A DNA stretch of 63,677 nucleotides, filler included, from Stramenopiles sp. TOSAG23-3 (GCA_900128585.1; 21 parts of 21 records of this genome joined end to end with filler, not necessarily neighbours in it); one strand, 5' to 3'. Shown: positions 10,741 to 21,236, counted from the whole stretch's first letter. Translations and numbers: made by a program. The notes: generated by a model from the letters alone, not told the origin.

Positions 10741-11853
10741 TTACACGTGATGCTTCACACCGCCGATGCGGAGGGCACCAATCCACTTCACGTGGTCTCC
10801 CCTGCTCCATAAGCCTTCCCTCCACTTTCCGTTTGGGTACCGTATGGTGCCTTTTCCATCTTTCAAATTCTTCTTCCATTCCCCGTCGTATTTGTTTCCT
10901 TTCTCGTTCAACTCCACGCCCCTGCCGTTCTTCACGCCGTACACCCAGTTCCCATCGTACACGCAGTCGGTCCGCGAGACATACTTTCCTTGGCCGTGCA
11001 TGAAGTTGTCTTCCCACATACCGTTGTATATGTCTCCCGTTTTCCACTCAAACACACCACGACCCTTTCGTTTCCCATCGACGAATGTCCCCTCGAAAGC
11101 GCCCGCGCGGGTGACCAGCTTTCCCTGGCCGTGAAATTTCCCGTTTAAAAAGTCCCCCTCGTAGCGATCGTTGTTTGGCCAGTGCTCGACCCCGTACCCG
11201 CTCCGCTGTCCTCCTTTCCACTCCCCCTCGTACTTGCGGCCTTTCGCAAAAATGTACACCCCATGACCGTCGCGAAGCCCGTTCTTGAAGCTGCCCTCGT
11301 ATAAGTTCCCACCCGTCCAGACGAGCTTCCCTTTTCCGTGCCGAATGCCACTGTCCAAATCTCCCTTATAGTCCCCTCCGTGGCCTGTGAACTTTACAGA
11401 TTTCATTTTTGCCTTTAGAACGGCCTTTCTCGACTTTATCTGTTTCCGTGTTGGTGATTTTTCGGCCGGGGCGGGGGTTTCAGCCGTCTTGGCAGCGCTG
11501 TCTCCCCCTGTTTTTTCTTCTGGGGTTGCCGAGTCGTCCGCTGATTTGCCCTCTGCGGCTGCCCCGTTCTTGCTTCCAGCAGCGTCCGCGCTCGGCGTGG
11601 ACTCTTCCGCCTCTCCGACAGGGTCGACGGGCGCCTCTGGGTCGCTTCCAACGGCATCGTTTTCGACCGCTGCTGTCTTTGCTTCGCCAGCTGGAGCGTT
11701 CGGAGTCTCGGAGTCTGTTTTTCCGCCTACGTCGTCCTTTTTTGGCATTGTCTCTTTTGGGTCGTTCGCGACAGGATCGGCCGGCGCCTCGGACTTGCTT
11801 GCAACAGCCGCGTCGGTTGCTTCCACCTTCTCCCCTGCCTCACTCTCTGACAT
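10741..11853 (-). CDS. MORN-repeat protein with acidic low-complexity N-terminus
   Basis: About eight YEGxW/F...HGxG repeats. Confidence 0.9.
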   Translation of the reverse strand: MSESEAGEKVEATDAAVASKSEAPADPVANDPKETMPKKDDVGGKTDSETPNAPAGEAKTAAVENDAVGSDPEAPVDPVGEAEESTPSADAAGSKNGAAAEGKSADDSATPEEKTGGDSAAKTAETPAPAEKSPTRKQIKSRKAVLKAKMKSVKFTGHGGDYKGDLDSGIRHGKGKLVWTGGNLYEGSFKNGLRDGHGVYIFAKGRKYEGEWKGGQRSGYGVEHWPNNDRYEGDFLNGKFHGQGKLVTRAGAFEGTFVDGKRKGRGVFEWKTGDIYNGMWEDNFMHGQGKYVSRTDCVYDGNWVYGVKNGRGVELNEKGNKYDGEWKKNLKDGKGTIRYPNGKWREGLWSRGDHVKWIGALRIGGVKHHV

Positions 11854-12213
11854 TTTTCTCTCGGCTACCTAGGTTTACACGCTCGTTCTTTAAGAGCAGC
11901 AACGTGGAACATTGAAAACCTCGAATTGGTCCGTAAGATAAAAAGGGTACCAGGTACTGATATATTAGTAGGTACGAATGAGCGTCTTCGTAAAATCAAT
12001 AAAGCACTCTCGTTTGACCAGCGTTATCCATCCACATTTAAATTTTATTTAGCGTCGACTACTAAGAAATAATAGTGTAGTTTTAATTATTCTTAGTCGT
12101 CTCTCTATATTTANNNNNNNNNNNNNNNNNNNNNNNNNNNNNNNNNNNNNNNNNNNNTTAATTAATTAANNNNNNNNNNNNNNNNNNNNNNNNNNNNNNN
12201 NNNNNNNNNNNNN

Positions 12214-14057
12214 GGCGGCTGTTGGCTCGGGAGTACATTCAACGCCATAATCATACCAAGTGGTATGTGCTGCTCCATATGGCAATGGAATTGCCATACA
12301 CCAGGCGCCCAGGCATGAATCCTCAAAACAGCCCAACTTCGTTGCCAAAGTTGAAAACTGTCTTTCCTCAAAGGGGTTTTCAGGTTTTGCTTGGACTTGT
12401 ACTTGGATGCGTTGTAGACGCATCCCCAATAAAAGTCTTCTTCTCCGCTCATGTGGTCGATGTCCGACATCCGTCGGTCTTCCTCGGGGCATGGATTCAG
12501 CTGCTCAGGCATCAAAAAGCATGCGGTCTTGTTCACGTTGCACCACGTGTAATTTGCAATGTTGATGACCTGGAACAACAGACCATGCAAATGAATATTG
12601 TGCGCCGTTGGGCTCAAGTTGTTTAAAACAATCTCCACGGTGGACGCATTTTCAGGGATGTCCAAAACAGGCGACCCGGAGTTCCCGCACGTGTTCTTCG
12701 TATGAAGTGCTGGCGTGACTGGTTTCTTCCACGTTTCCCGCCGCCCATCAATGTCCATGTACCATCTTCCGTGCCTGAGCGGCTCATCTGTTGGGTTTTT
12801 GTACGTGGGGCCTTTCAACCCCAGCGCAATCGTAAAGCGCGCGTCCGGTTCCTCCGGCTCAGGGCGCACGGCAATAGGCTGCGTTTTCTTCCAATCCCCG
12901 GGGTTCGTCAAGTCGAACGGAACTCCTTCCAACGGTTTGGGGTTCGCACCGCCACCCTCCCCTTTGGGGTGCGACGGTGGGCCTAGCAGGCCTTTAAAAC
13001 CTGCGTAGTGAATGAAGGAGTAAAATTTGCAGCTTGAGACGGCGTGAAAACCTGGAGGGATGAAGTTGCCGGGCGTCAAAGCGCATGCGTAGTCGTATTT
13101 CATTTCGATGGGGTAATACCCAGGTTTTTGGTTTGCACACAATATAACATCAGCTCGCTCGCCGATATGCATGTTGATCTCACTTATCAAAAGTGGGCGC
13201 ACTGGGACACCATCCAGCGCGACCAAGGTCGTGTCGTGGCCTGCAAAGGTTACAATGTAATTCTCTGCGTTCGAGGCTTGCATGATCATTCGCAACCGGT
13301 AGCATTTGCCCTCTTCCACTTCAAGAAGTGGGTATGGGTATTTTTTAATGTTGGGCTTTTGCAAATTTCCCCACGCGACCTGTCCGTTAAAGCTGGCGTA
13401 ATCAATGTCGCTACAAACGTCATTGCCGGCCATTGCACCTTCGAGCTTAAGGCATACTTCAGGGTCACGCCACTCGTCTGCAAGTACAATGACCTTTTCT
13501 TCATCGTATATCGGCATAAACTTTTTCTCCAACGGGTCCTTCACTACGAACGGCCCTCTCATGCCCTTCGCGGACTGCATCCCGTCCATGTGAGAGTGCC
13601 AGTAGTGCGTTCCCGCAGGCCACGCGCGAAACGTATACGTGAAGTTTTCCCCCGGTCGAATGCCCGCTTGGGAAACGCCCAGGGTACCGTCCGTCCAGGG
13701 TGTTTCGTACGGGTGGATTCCGTGCCAGTGGATGGTCGTGGCCTCGGACAACAAGTTATTGACGACGTTGATCGAGACAGTGTCATTGACGTTGACCTCA
13801 ATCAACGGTCCAGGGTACTGACCGTTCACAAGAATTGCACCTTTTCTGTTCTCGTCTGGGATTGCATAAGGGGTTTGCCGCGAAGAGGCCTTTTGCTTGA
13901 GTGCAACGGTGGGGCGAAGGAAATCAACCACCCAGTCTTCCACGACGAACTCAAAGTTGTGGTGGGCCGCGTCCGTGCGCTCGAAAGCAAACACTGCCAA
14001 ACCAATGGTTAAAAGTACGCACAAGTTCATGGTTGGTTCAAATGAATCTGGTTTCAA
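12214..14057 (-). CDS. Secreted multicopper oxidase (laccase/ascorbate oxidase family), 3' end truncated
   Basis: All four Cu-binding motifs: HWHG, WHSH, HNIHLHG, HCHMEQH...M; signal peptide. Confidence 0.95.
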
Positions 14058-15014
14058 TGGATTATTTTATAAATTGTTACGTTCCTGACTCTGTTTCTTG
14101 AAGAAATTATTGAGCTAACTTTCTGGAAACGGATTTGGAAAAAGTACAACTACTATACAGATCGCCCGCCATAATAACAATTGTTCGAATAATTGGTTAA
14201 TTATAATAATTTTTCCTTCCTTCCTTCTTGCTGCTGCTGTTTCTATTTTATTATTATTTTTTAAAATTAAAAAAAAGAAGAAGAAAAAATATGATGATGT
14301 TGTTCGATGGATGGAATGTTGTTCGATGTTGTTCGATGTTTGTGGATTATATTGTGGAGAAGAAGAAAGAAAGGAGAATAAATATAATTTAAAGTACCTG
14401 TACCGTACTAGCACTAGCACCGAGCATGGAGCAATTGAATAAAAGGAAGGAAGGGAGGAAGGAGGGTCGAAGAAGAAGAAAAATCATTTAGAGCCTTGAC
14501 ATTTTAACGCTCTTATTTTTAGGGTATATTGTATATAGACACAGCAGGGATATTTTGACTTAAAAAAAAGAAATATCTCTTCTCGATGATTTTCTATTTT
14601 TTTCTGCAATAATTAATAATAAAATAATATAGGAATACAATGTAAATTGGGGTTCAATTGATAATTACAGATATTCCTATTATTTAGACTACATTACTAT
14701 CTGCAAATAGTACTTCAGTTGGATTGGATGGTGATAAAATTATATATTATTATAGCATAGTTTAAAAAATCCTCGGCGCAGTCGGCAGTCGGCAGTGGCT
14801 ATTATATTTCGGTATAATAATATTTAGATAAACAAAAAAAATAGAATTGTGGGTTCCACTGACCAAAACCCAATTGCAAATTTTGAAGAATGAACTAAAA
14901 TAAATCAAATAAGATTTGTAGTGATACATCCATGTTTAGCGAGTGCTAATATCTGCGAAGTTGTTATTTAATCCTTTTTAGTGAATACCGGGAATAACTT
15001 TTAAAAAATCTCAA

Positions 15015-15156
15015 ATGAAATCTGCTGTGTTTGTTTTGTCTGCAGTTGCTTTGTTCGGGGTCGCCTTGGGTCGGAACACGACGACGACGTACGAAATCAA
15101 AGACCCTGTATGCGGCGAAACCGATATTCCAACAAAATACGTCAAGTTGGCGGAAA
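15015..15156 (+). CDS. Secreted protein N-terminus, partial
   Basis: MKSAVFVLSAVALFGVALG signal peptide; runs off the contig. Confidence 0.55.
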
Positions 15157-15256
15157 NNNNNNNNNNNNNNNNNNNNNNNNNNNNNNNNNNNNNNNNNNNN
15201 TTAATTAATTAANNNNNNNNNNNNNNNNNNNNNNNNNNNNNNNNNNNNNNNNNNNN

Positions 15257-15335
15257 GGGATAATAATAATAAAGCATGATTTATGACACCAAATGGTGTC
15301 AAAAGATCGTCCAATATAAAAAGCACGGAACGCAA
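15257..15335 (+). repeat. Left 79-bp inverted repeat, contains palindrome TGACACCA-aa-TGGTGTCA
   Basis: Exact reverse complement of 18118-18196. Confidence 0.95.
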
Positions 15336-15386
15336 AAACAAATCACTGCATTTGATCAATATATCGTTTAATTTTAACAATTGAAG

Positions 15387-16808
15387 ATGTCGTATGATGG
15401 TATTATCACCCAAGGAAAGGAGTACGCACGCAGGCGCAACTTCACTCCTGATAATATAAACTGGAAGCGATGGAGTCAAAGAAACTTCGAGTATAATAAC
15501 TCAAGGAGATATGCCGGCGATGGCTTTCTAATCAGAGTGCTTGGAAAACGCAAATTTTACCATCTTAGCACATATCCAAATGATGATGCATTCAACAGTT
15601 TGACGGAGTCCATGAATAACCCACGGTCAACGAGCTATGTGAACTCTGCATCAAAGCGGTGTGACCAATGTGGGAAACCATTCCGCCCTGTTGCCGAACA
15701 GGAGCTATGTACGTTGTGTCTTGTTAAGGCTAATAAAGATGCTCAATCTCGTGCAGCCATTAATAGCAAAGAGGCAAAGGATAAGGCAAAGGAAGTGACC
15801 TTGCTTAGATCCAAATTAAGTGAATTGAACGAAGTTTCTAACAATCTTGCACTCAAAGTTGAGGAGTTTGAAGCAAAAGCGAATGAAAATGAGAGATTAT
15901 ATCTACAGGCATCACAGAATGGTAAAACGCTGTGTGCAGAGATAAATGGGAAAAACAAAGATGTGCTAAATTACAGAAATATCGTCCAGCAGTTGGCAAA
16001 GATAAATGTTAACTTGGACAGATGTGTAGCTACTCATCAACAATTAAGTGTAGATCTGTTGAAGCTTAAAAGTGAACAGGCGACGATAAAAGATTTGATA
16101 CATAATTGTGAAAACGAATTGCAATCTATGCGGCCAAAGAATGTATCTATAATTACAATACTGCGCGAACAAATAGCAGAGGACGTATTGAATTTTTTTA
16201 GGTGTGCATTTGGAACTACAACCCCCAATCGAAATGTGCGGCATAATTACCTAGAAAAAGTGCTGCGTGAATACCCGAAGAAGTTGCATGGCCTTTTGGC
16301 TTCAACAGGACTTGTGATTGAAACAGAGTCCAAACACAATCTTCAATTCCCACCCTTGTCGTCGTTTCTATCAATGTTCGAAGATAACGTATCTTCACAA
16401 ATAAAAGCACTTTCAAATTTTGGTATGTATATCAATGAAGAAACAGATAAAGTTAGTGTGGGGCATATGGCCAATTACGATATTTATGATTTAATTGCGC
16501 AAAAAGATGAGATCGTGGATGGTGAAATACCTGCATGCTATCGTATTGAGCGGGAGACACTTGACTTGTGGAAGCGCATTTCGAAGAAACATTTGGCGTC
16601 AAAAGTGATTGAACACTTGTTTGCAATCGATTTCTTGACAAAGTATAAGCGCATCACTCATGCAAGAATCATGCTCATTGAAAAAACTTATGGTGTCGAA
16701 ATGCTGATTGAGGTGAAAATGAAATCATTCAGGAAAATAGGTGGAAAAATGCAGCAGGACAAAGACCTTAAAACTTGGCAAAAATTGACATCAGAATCAT
16801 TCGTATAA
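15387..16808 (+). CDS. Orphan protein with CxxC-x12-CxxC zinc ribbon and coiled coil
   Basis: 473-codon open frame from ATG; CDQC...CTLC; heptad region; no family recognised. Confidence 0.7.
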   Translation: MSYDGIITQGKEYARRRNFTPDNINWKRWSQRNFEYNNSRRYAGDGFLIRVLGKRKFYHLSTYPNDDAFNSLTESMNNPRSTSYVNSASKRCDQCGKPFRPVAEQELCTLCLVKANKDAQSRAAINSKEAKDKAKEVTLLRSKLSELNEVSNNLALKVEEFEAKANENERLYLQASQNGKTLCAEINGKNKDVLNYRNIVQQLAKINVNLDRCVATHQQLSVDLLKLKSEQATIKDLIHNCENELQSMRPKNVSIITILREQIAEDVLNFFRCAFGTTTPNRNVRHNYLEKVLREYPKKLHGLLASTGLVIETESKHNLQFPPLSSFLSMFEDNVSSQIKALSNFGMYINEETDKVSVGHMANYDIYDLIAQKDEIVDGEIPACYRIERETLDLWKRISKKHLASKVIEHLFAIDFLTKYKRITHARIMLIEKTYGVEMLIEVKMKSFRKIGGKMQQDKDLKTWQKLTSESFV

Positions 16809-16824
16809 CATATTCTGTAATTAA

Positions 16825-16849
16825 AACAAGAAAATTGGCTGTTATTTAA
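16825..16849 (+). repeat. Core of dispersed 3'-associated element
   Basis: aacaagaaaattggctgttatttaa, 16 nt after the stop at 16808. Confidence 0.85.
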
Positions 16850-16997
16850 TTATTTGAAACAAAATTTTATTACCATAACAATTTCCTTGCGCGGGCCGCG
16901 TCCAACATCGCCCTGTGTTCGCGCTCAAGCTTGGACACCGTGTCGTGGACTTCGCCGTGGGCACCTTCAATCTCTTCCGCGTAACTCTGGAGCTCAG

Positions 16998-17213
16998 CAC
17001 GCAGTTCTGCTGCGCGTGCACCAGCTCGGGCACCTGCCTCTGCACCGCTTCGACGACGCTCGGATGGGAATGGCCCGTGCTCAGCGCCCCGATACCAGAG
17101 GTCATGTCCAAGTACTGCGTGCCGTCCGTGCCACGCAACCAGCAGCCGCGCTCCTTGTGCGCCACGATGCGGTTCAAGTGCGTCTTGAGGGGCGCCGACG
17201 CGCCGCGCACGCC
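16998..17213 (-). pseudogene. N-terminal fragment of class-III PLP aminotransferase (GabT/ArgD-like) within a GC-rich insert
   Basis: RGCWLRGTDGTQYLDMTSGIGALSTGHSHPSVVEAVQRQ matches the class-III N-terminal signature; only about 70 aa present. Confidence 0.8.
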
Positions 17214-17594
17214 GCCCGACGACTTCCGCGGGCAAGTCGTAGCCCATGTCGGCGGTGCCCTGCGCCCGCACCGCGACCTGCGCCGCACCGTTCATCTGCG
17301 AGAGCGCGTCGGCGCGGTCTTCGTAGTCGAGCGCGCTGAAGGCGTGCAGAAAGGCGGGCCGAAACCAGACGCGCACGCAGGCTCGCCCGAGCGCGTCGGC
17401 CGCGAACACGTTCGTGCAAGAGCGCCAGCTCCGCCTGCGGCCGGCCGGCGCGCAGCTCGAGCAGCACGAGCAGCCAAGATGCGAGAATGGCGCGCCACAA
17501 TAACTAAACAAATTTTAATTTGAAACAGTTATCCCCTTCATAAAAATCGGTTTTGTAAGTTTTTGTGATCTTGATAATATTTTTTTTACTACTG

Positions 17595-18196
17595 ATGGGA
17601 TTACAAAGGTCCCGTAAAGCAGGGAAGCAAAAAGGGTTACCAGAAACAGAGAAAGGAATGACAGCTATATTTTCCGCAATATATTTGCTGACTATATATA
17701 CTAGAGATCTTGTATACTTCATGAGTTTGTCGTCTGGTCCTGAAAACGAAACTGCAGACGAAAAAAAAATACGATTGAAAGCAGTAGCAGCTGGATACCG
17801 TAAAGCGGCCATCAAAATAGAGTTTTTGCAAAGTTTTTGTTTTCCGGATCTATTCCGACCGTATGACCTCATTGCAACAACTGTTGGACCTGATGTGATG
17901 GATAACTTAGTGTCACATGGGTTCTTATTGGGGGAGGTTGGTTTATTAGAAATAATGGAGTCATACCACAAATACGTTAAAACATTACCAGTGTTTAAAA
18001 CAAATTCAAGGACAAAAACAAATGCTAGTTCGTGTATGGCAAAATTAGTAAAAATTCTCCTAACACATACATATGGTGAAGCGGTAGACCCTCAACCCTT
18101 GAAGAAAACACGATCTGTTGCGTTCCGTGCTTTTTATATTGGACGATCTTTTGACACCATTTGGTGTCATAAATCATGCTTTATTATTATTATCCC
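17595..18196 (+). CDS. Orphan ORF running into the right inverted repeat; possible transposase C-terminal fragment
   Basis: Open frame of about 200 codons; RPYDLI...GPDVM...LLGEVGLLEIMESYHKYVK. Confidence 0.45.
18118..18196 (-). repeat. Right 79-bp inverted repeat
   Basis: Exact reverse complement of 15257-15335. Confidence 0.95.
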
Positions 18197-18296
18197 NNNN
18201 NNNNNNNNNNNNNNNNNNNNNNNNNNNNNNNNNNNNNNNNTTAATTAATTAANNNNNNNNNNNNNNNNNNNNNNNNNNNNNNNNNNNNNNNNNNNN

Positions 18297-18916
18297 TTTG
18301 GGCTTCTTGCCAAGACCTGGATTACTCCTAAATGCCCTTGCTGACATGCCAGCAGCATCGGACTCCCTTCCTCCATGCTTTCTGGTTCCGGATGAGCGTT
18401 TGCGTATAGTAAATCTTTAACAATTTTGGCATCTCCATGTTCTGCAGCCAGTGCGATCGCAGTCTTACCATTTCTTATAGACAACTCCAAATCCTGATAA
18501 ATCGGTTAGCTTCGTAAGTTTTGCGCAAGAATAGAGTATACGGGGCTTGGTTTACTTACTGTAAATTCTTTTAGAAGCATTTTTACAATTTTGCGATGAG
18601 AATTCATCGCAGCCAACATCAGCGGACTGTAGCCCTCTCTAGTACAGACATCTACAGTGGCCCCTTTGTCCAAAAGTATATTCAATATTTCCAGGTTCCC
18701 ATGCTTGCATACGGCATGGATTGCTGCGTACCCATCATCATCTTGGACATCGATCGCAATTTTACATTCCTTTAATAGGTATTTAATTAGATCTTGGTTT
18801 TTATTATTGTTGCAGGCCGCAATCAAGCAGTTTGTATTGTTGTGTCCACGATCATTTGGATCAGCACCATGCTGCCGCAACATCTTAAAACCTTCAAAAT
18901 TTCCATTCGATGCTAA
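18297..18916 (-). CDS. Ankyrin-repeat protein fragment, two exons, partial at both ends
   Basis: Repeats such as GYAAIHAVCKHGN, GYSPLMLAAMNSH, GKTAIALAAEHGD; removing the intron restores KMLLKEFT|DLELSIRNG. Confidence 0.85.
18494..18559 (-). other. 66-nt spliceosomal intron
   Basis: GTAAGT donor, GCTAAC branch point, ATCAG acceptor, phase 0; contains the in-frame TAA that splits the ORF track. Confidence 0.88.
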
Positions 18917-19800
18917 GACAGGGAAAAGGAAGGGTGTACGATTCGGATTGGTCGGCACTGGTCCAAGAAGGAGAAATATCTGTGGCAGCGCCTATTGCTT
19001 ATCACAACAGCAAAACCCAGGAAAGCTTCTTGTTTAGTGGTATGAATAAAAAGAGAGCCAAGGCGATAGCTATTGCCGATTGCGTGGCAGAGGCACGTGA
19101 GGCGGCTAGGAACGCGTTTGAAGCGAGAAGAGCAGAAGACGAGCGTCACTTTCACCAGGTGTACATGGCTACAAAAATTCAGTCAAAGTTTCGCATGAAA
19201 CTAGGTTGGAGAGCTGCTGTAAAAGAGGTTCAGCGCCTCTGGGTAAAAGTCTACGATGCCACATCGGATTCAACGTACTATTACCAGACCCGAGATCGTA
19301 TCGTCGCCTGGGAAAAACCAAAATTATTGGGGCACTTTGGAGATATAAAGTTTTTATCAATGTGGCAAGTCAAGTTTGATGATGAAATGTTGGCGTACGT
19401 GTACTATCACCGCAAGTCCCCCTGGGAAAAATCGGTTGCAAAGCCTAACAATATCATCATGTGCGAGAGCTGCGGTTTCTACTACGCCAGACGTAGGTGT
19501 CTGGACGATTGTTGTTTCGATAACAACGATGCCTATGTGTACACTTGTTTTCCATGTTACGATAGGTACCATGAACAATACACCAGGAGAAAATCGATTT
19601 TGTATCGTGAAATTGAAGAGCACGCTTGTGTCATTTGTGAGCAGAATACTGGAACGCTTTACTGCAGAGGATGTAACTTTGGGGATGTCTATTGTAAAAA
19701 TTGCTATCATGCGATCCATATGAGAGGGGAATTTCAATACCATCCACATCCAATTGAAATAAATGAACAGAAAAGCAATAACGGTGGTGGTTTCTTGTAA
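18910..19800 (+). CDS. IQ + WW + B-box zinc-finger protein, probably 5' partial
   Basis: ATKIQSKFRMKLG (IQ); WVKVYD...YYYQ...WEKP (WW); CESC...C...CFPC..H and CVIC...CRGC...YCKNCYHAIH (B-box-like). Confidence 0.8.
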   Translation: MLRQGKGRVYDSDWSALVQEGEISVAAPIAYHNSKTQESFLFSGMNKKRAKAIAIADCVAEAREAARNAFEARRAEDERHFHQVYMATKIQSKFRMKLGWRAAVKEVQRLWVKVYDATSDSTYYYQTRDRIVAWEKPKLLGHFGDIKFLSMWQVKFDDEMLAYVYYHRKSPWEKSVAKPNNIIMCESCGFYYARRRCLDDCCFDNNDAYVYTCFPCYDRYHEQYTRRKSILYREIEEHACVICEQNTGTLYCRGCNFGDVYCKNCYHAIHMRGEFQYHPHPIEINEQKSNNGGGFL

Positions 19801-20526
19801 ATGTAATAGACGACAGGAAGTTAGTCGACGCTCTGTGCCTGGATTTATGTTGACTAAAAAAATACATTAAAAATATTTTTAATAACCAAACAACAACAAC
19901 GACATTCTCAACTTTTATTATTAGTCCTATGTGTCTAATATTACATTATAATATTATTACATTATTAGACGACTATCATAATATACGAGGAAGTCTTATT
20001 AATATTATTACATTTAATACTTCTTTTTTTGTTGTTGGTGGTTTGATGATTTTTTTTTAGTTTTTTATTTGTTGTCCTTGTTCCTTGTTGTATTATTTAG
20101 ATGTAAATCTAACTACAGTATTATTTTTTTTAGATGCGTAAAATTCAAAAAAAAATATACTAGGTCTCTACGAAGTCTCTAGGATAATACCATGGTAATA
20201 ATTAGACGTACTAAAAAAAATTAATAACACCCCCCCACCCACCACCCAGTTGGTAATAATTAATAGTATGATATAAATAATAACTTAAGACTCTACTATT
20301 ATTTACCCTTTGTAGATACATATAGATTTTAAACTATTGGAAAATTAAGTAAAAGACAAGTGGATGGATACTTTAGAAACTGTTCAATTGAAAGCCTTGG
20401 TAAAGCTTAGGGCAGCCAAGAGATCCAAGTTTGCAGGGGGGTGATTTTAGATCAAGTGTCTTCTTAAGAGGGGGGGTGCGGGTGCAGGATACAGAAGTTA
20501 ATACCAAAACTTTTTGTAGCGCTGAT

Positions 20527-21236
20527 ATGAAAAGGAGATCAACATACAACGAACGCAAAAGGCGTAAAGTTGAATGCATCCCATCAAAAGAATTAGAACA
20601 AATATGCGAGGAAAAATCTTACTCTTGCCCAGAGTTTGTTTTCAACTCTGGCATGGGAACGGTCAGGTGTGATATATATAGGGATAACGAGTGCAGTGTG
20701 ATTAATCGCCTTTCTTTGTTAAGATACGGCCCATCTCCAGAAGAAACAAAAGAAATGGTTGCAGCAGCTTGTTTAATAGAAATCAAAACAAAGCCTTTTA
20801 AAAAGGCCCTCGTAATGAACCAGGGCAATGGGAACAAGACCCAAACGCCCCAATGCAGGTATGGATCAGGGTGCATCAAGCAGCATGCAGTCCCTCCCTG
20901 CCCATTTTTGCATCCAAACCAAAACAAAGGCCGACCGCCCCATTGCAGGTATGGGGCAGGGTGCATGAAACAGCATGCAAAATTTCCCTGCCCATTTTTA
21001 CACCCGAATCAAAACCAAGCCCGACTGCCCTATTGCAGGTATGGGGCAGGGTGCATGAAACAGCATGCAAAACCTTCTTGCCCATTTTTACATCCAAACC
21101 AAAACCAAGTAAGTGAGATGGAATGTTTTAGAATTATTGCAGAAAAAATTACGGCAGGAGCTTCAAAGCAGAAGTCTCCCATCAGTATTATAAACGAGAT
21201 TTTACAGAAGTTGCCATCTGTGTTGGATAAGAAACC
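20527..21236 (+). CDS. dsRBD-like + 3 CCCH zinc-finger RNA-binding protein, 3' partial
   Basis: Three 90-bp repeats encoding CRYGxGCxKQHxxxxCPFLHP; PSKELEQICEEK...KEMVAAACLIEI and KSPISIINEILQK resemble dsRBD helices. Confidence 0.65.

Larger units (their letters stand above)
15257..18196. mobile_element. Candidate TIR-bounded element or invertible segment spanning the whole contig
   Basis: Perfect 79-bp inverted repeat at both contig ends; flanks and any TSD not visible. Confidence 0.5.

Noticed and set aside
16854-17523. Several long overlapping ORFs (161-213 aa) over the GC-rich island
   Set aside because: Stop-poor because of high GC; protein-like signal is confined to short pieces in different frames
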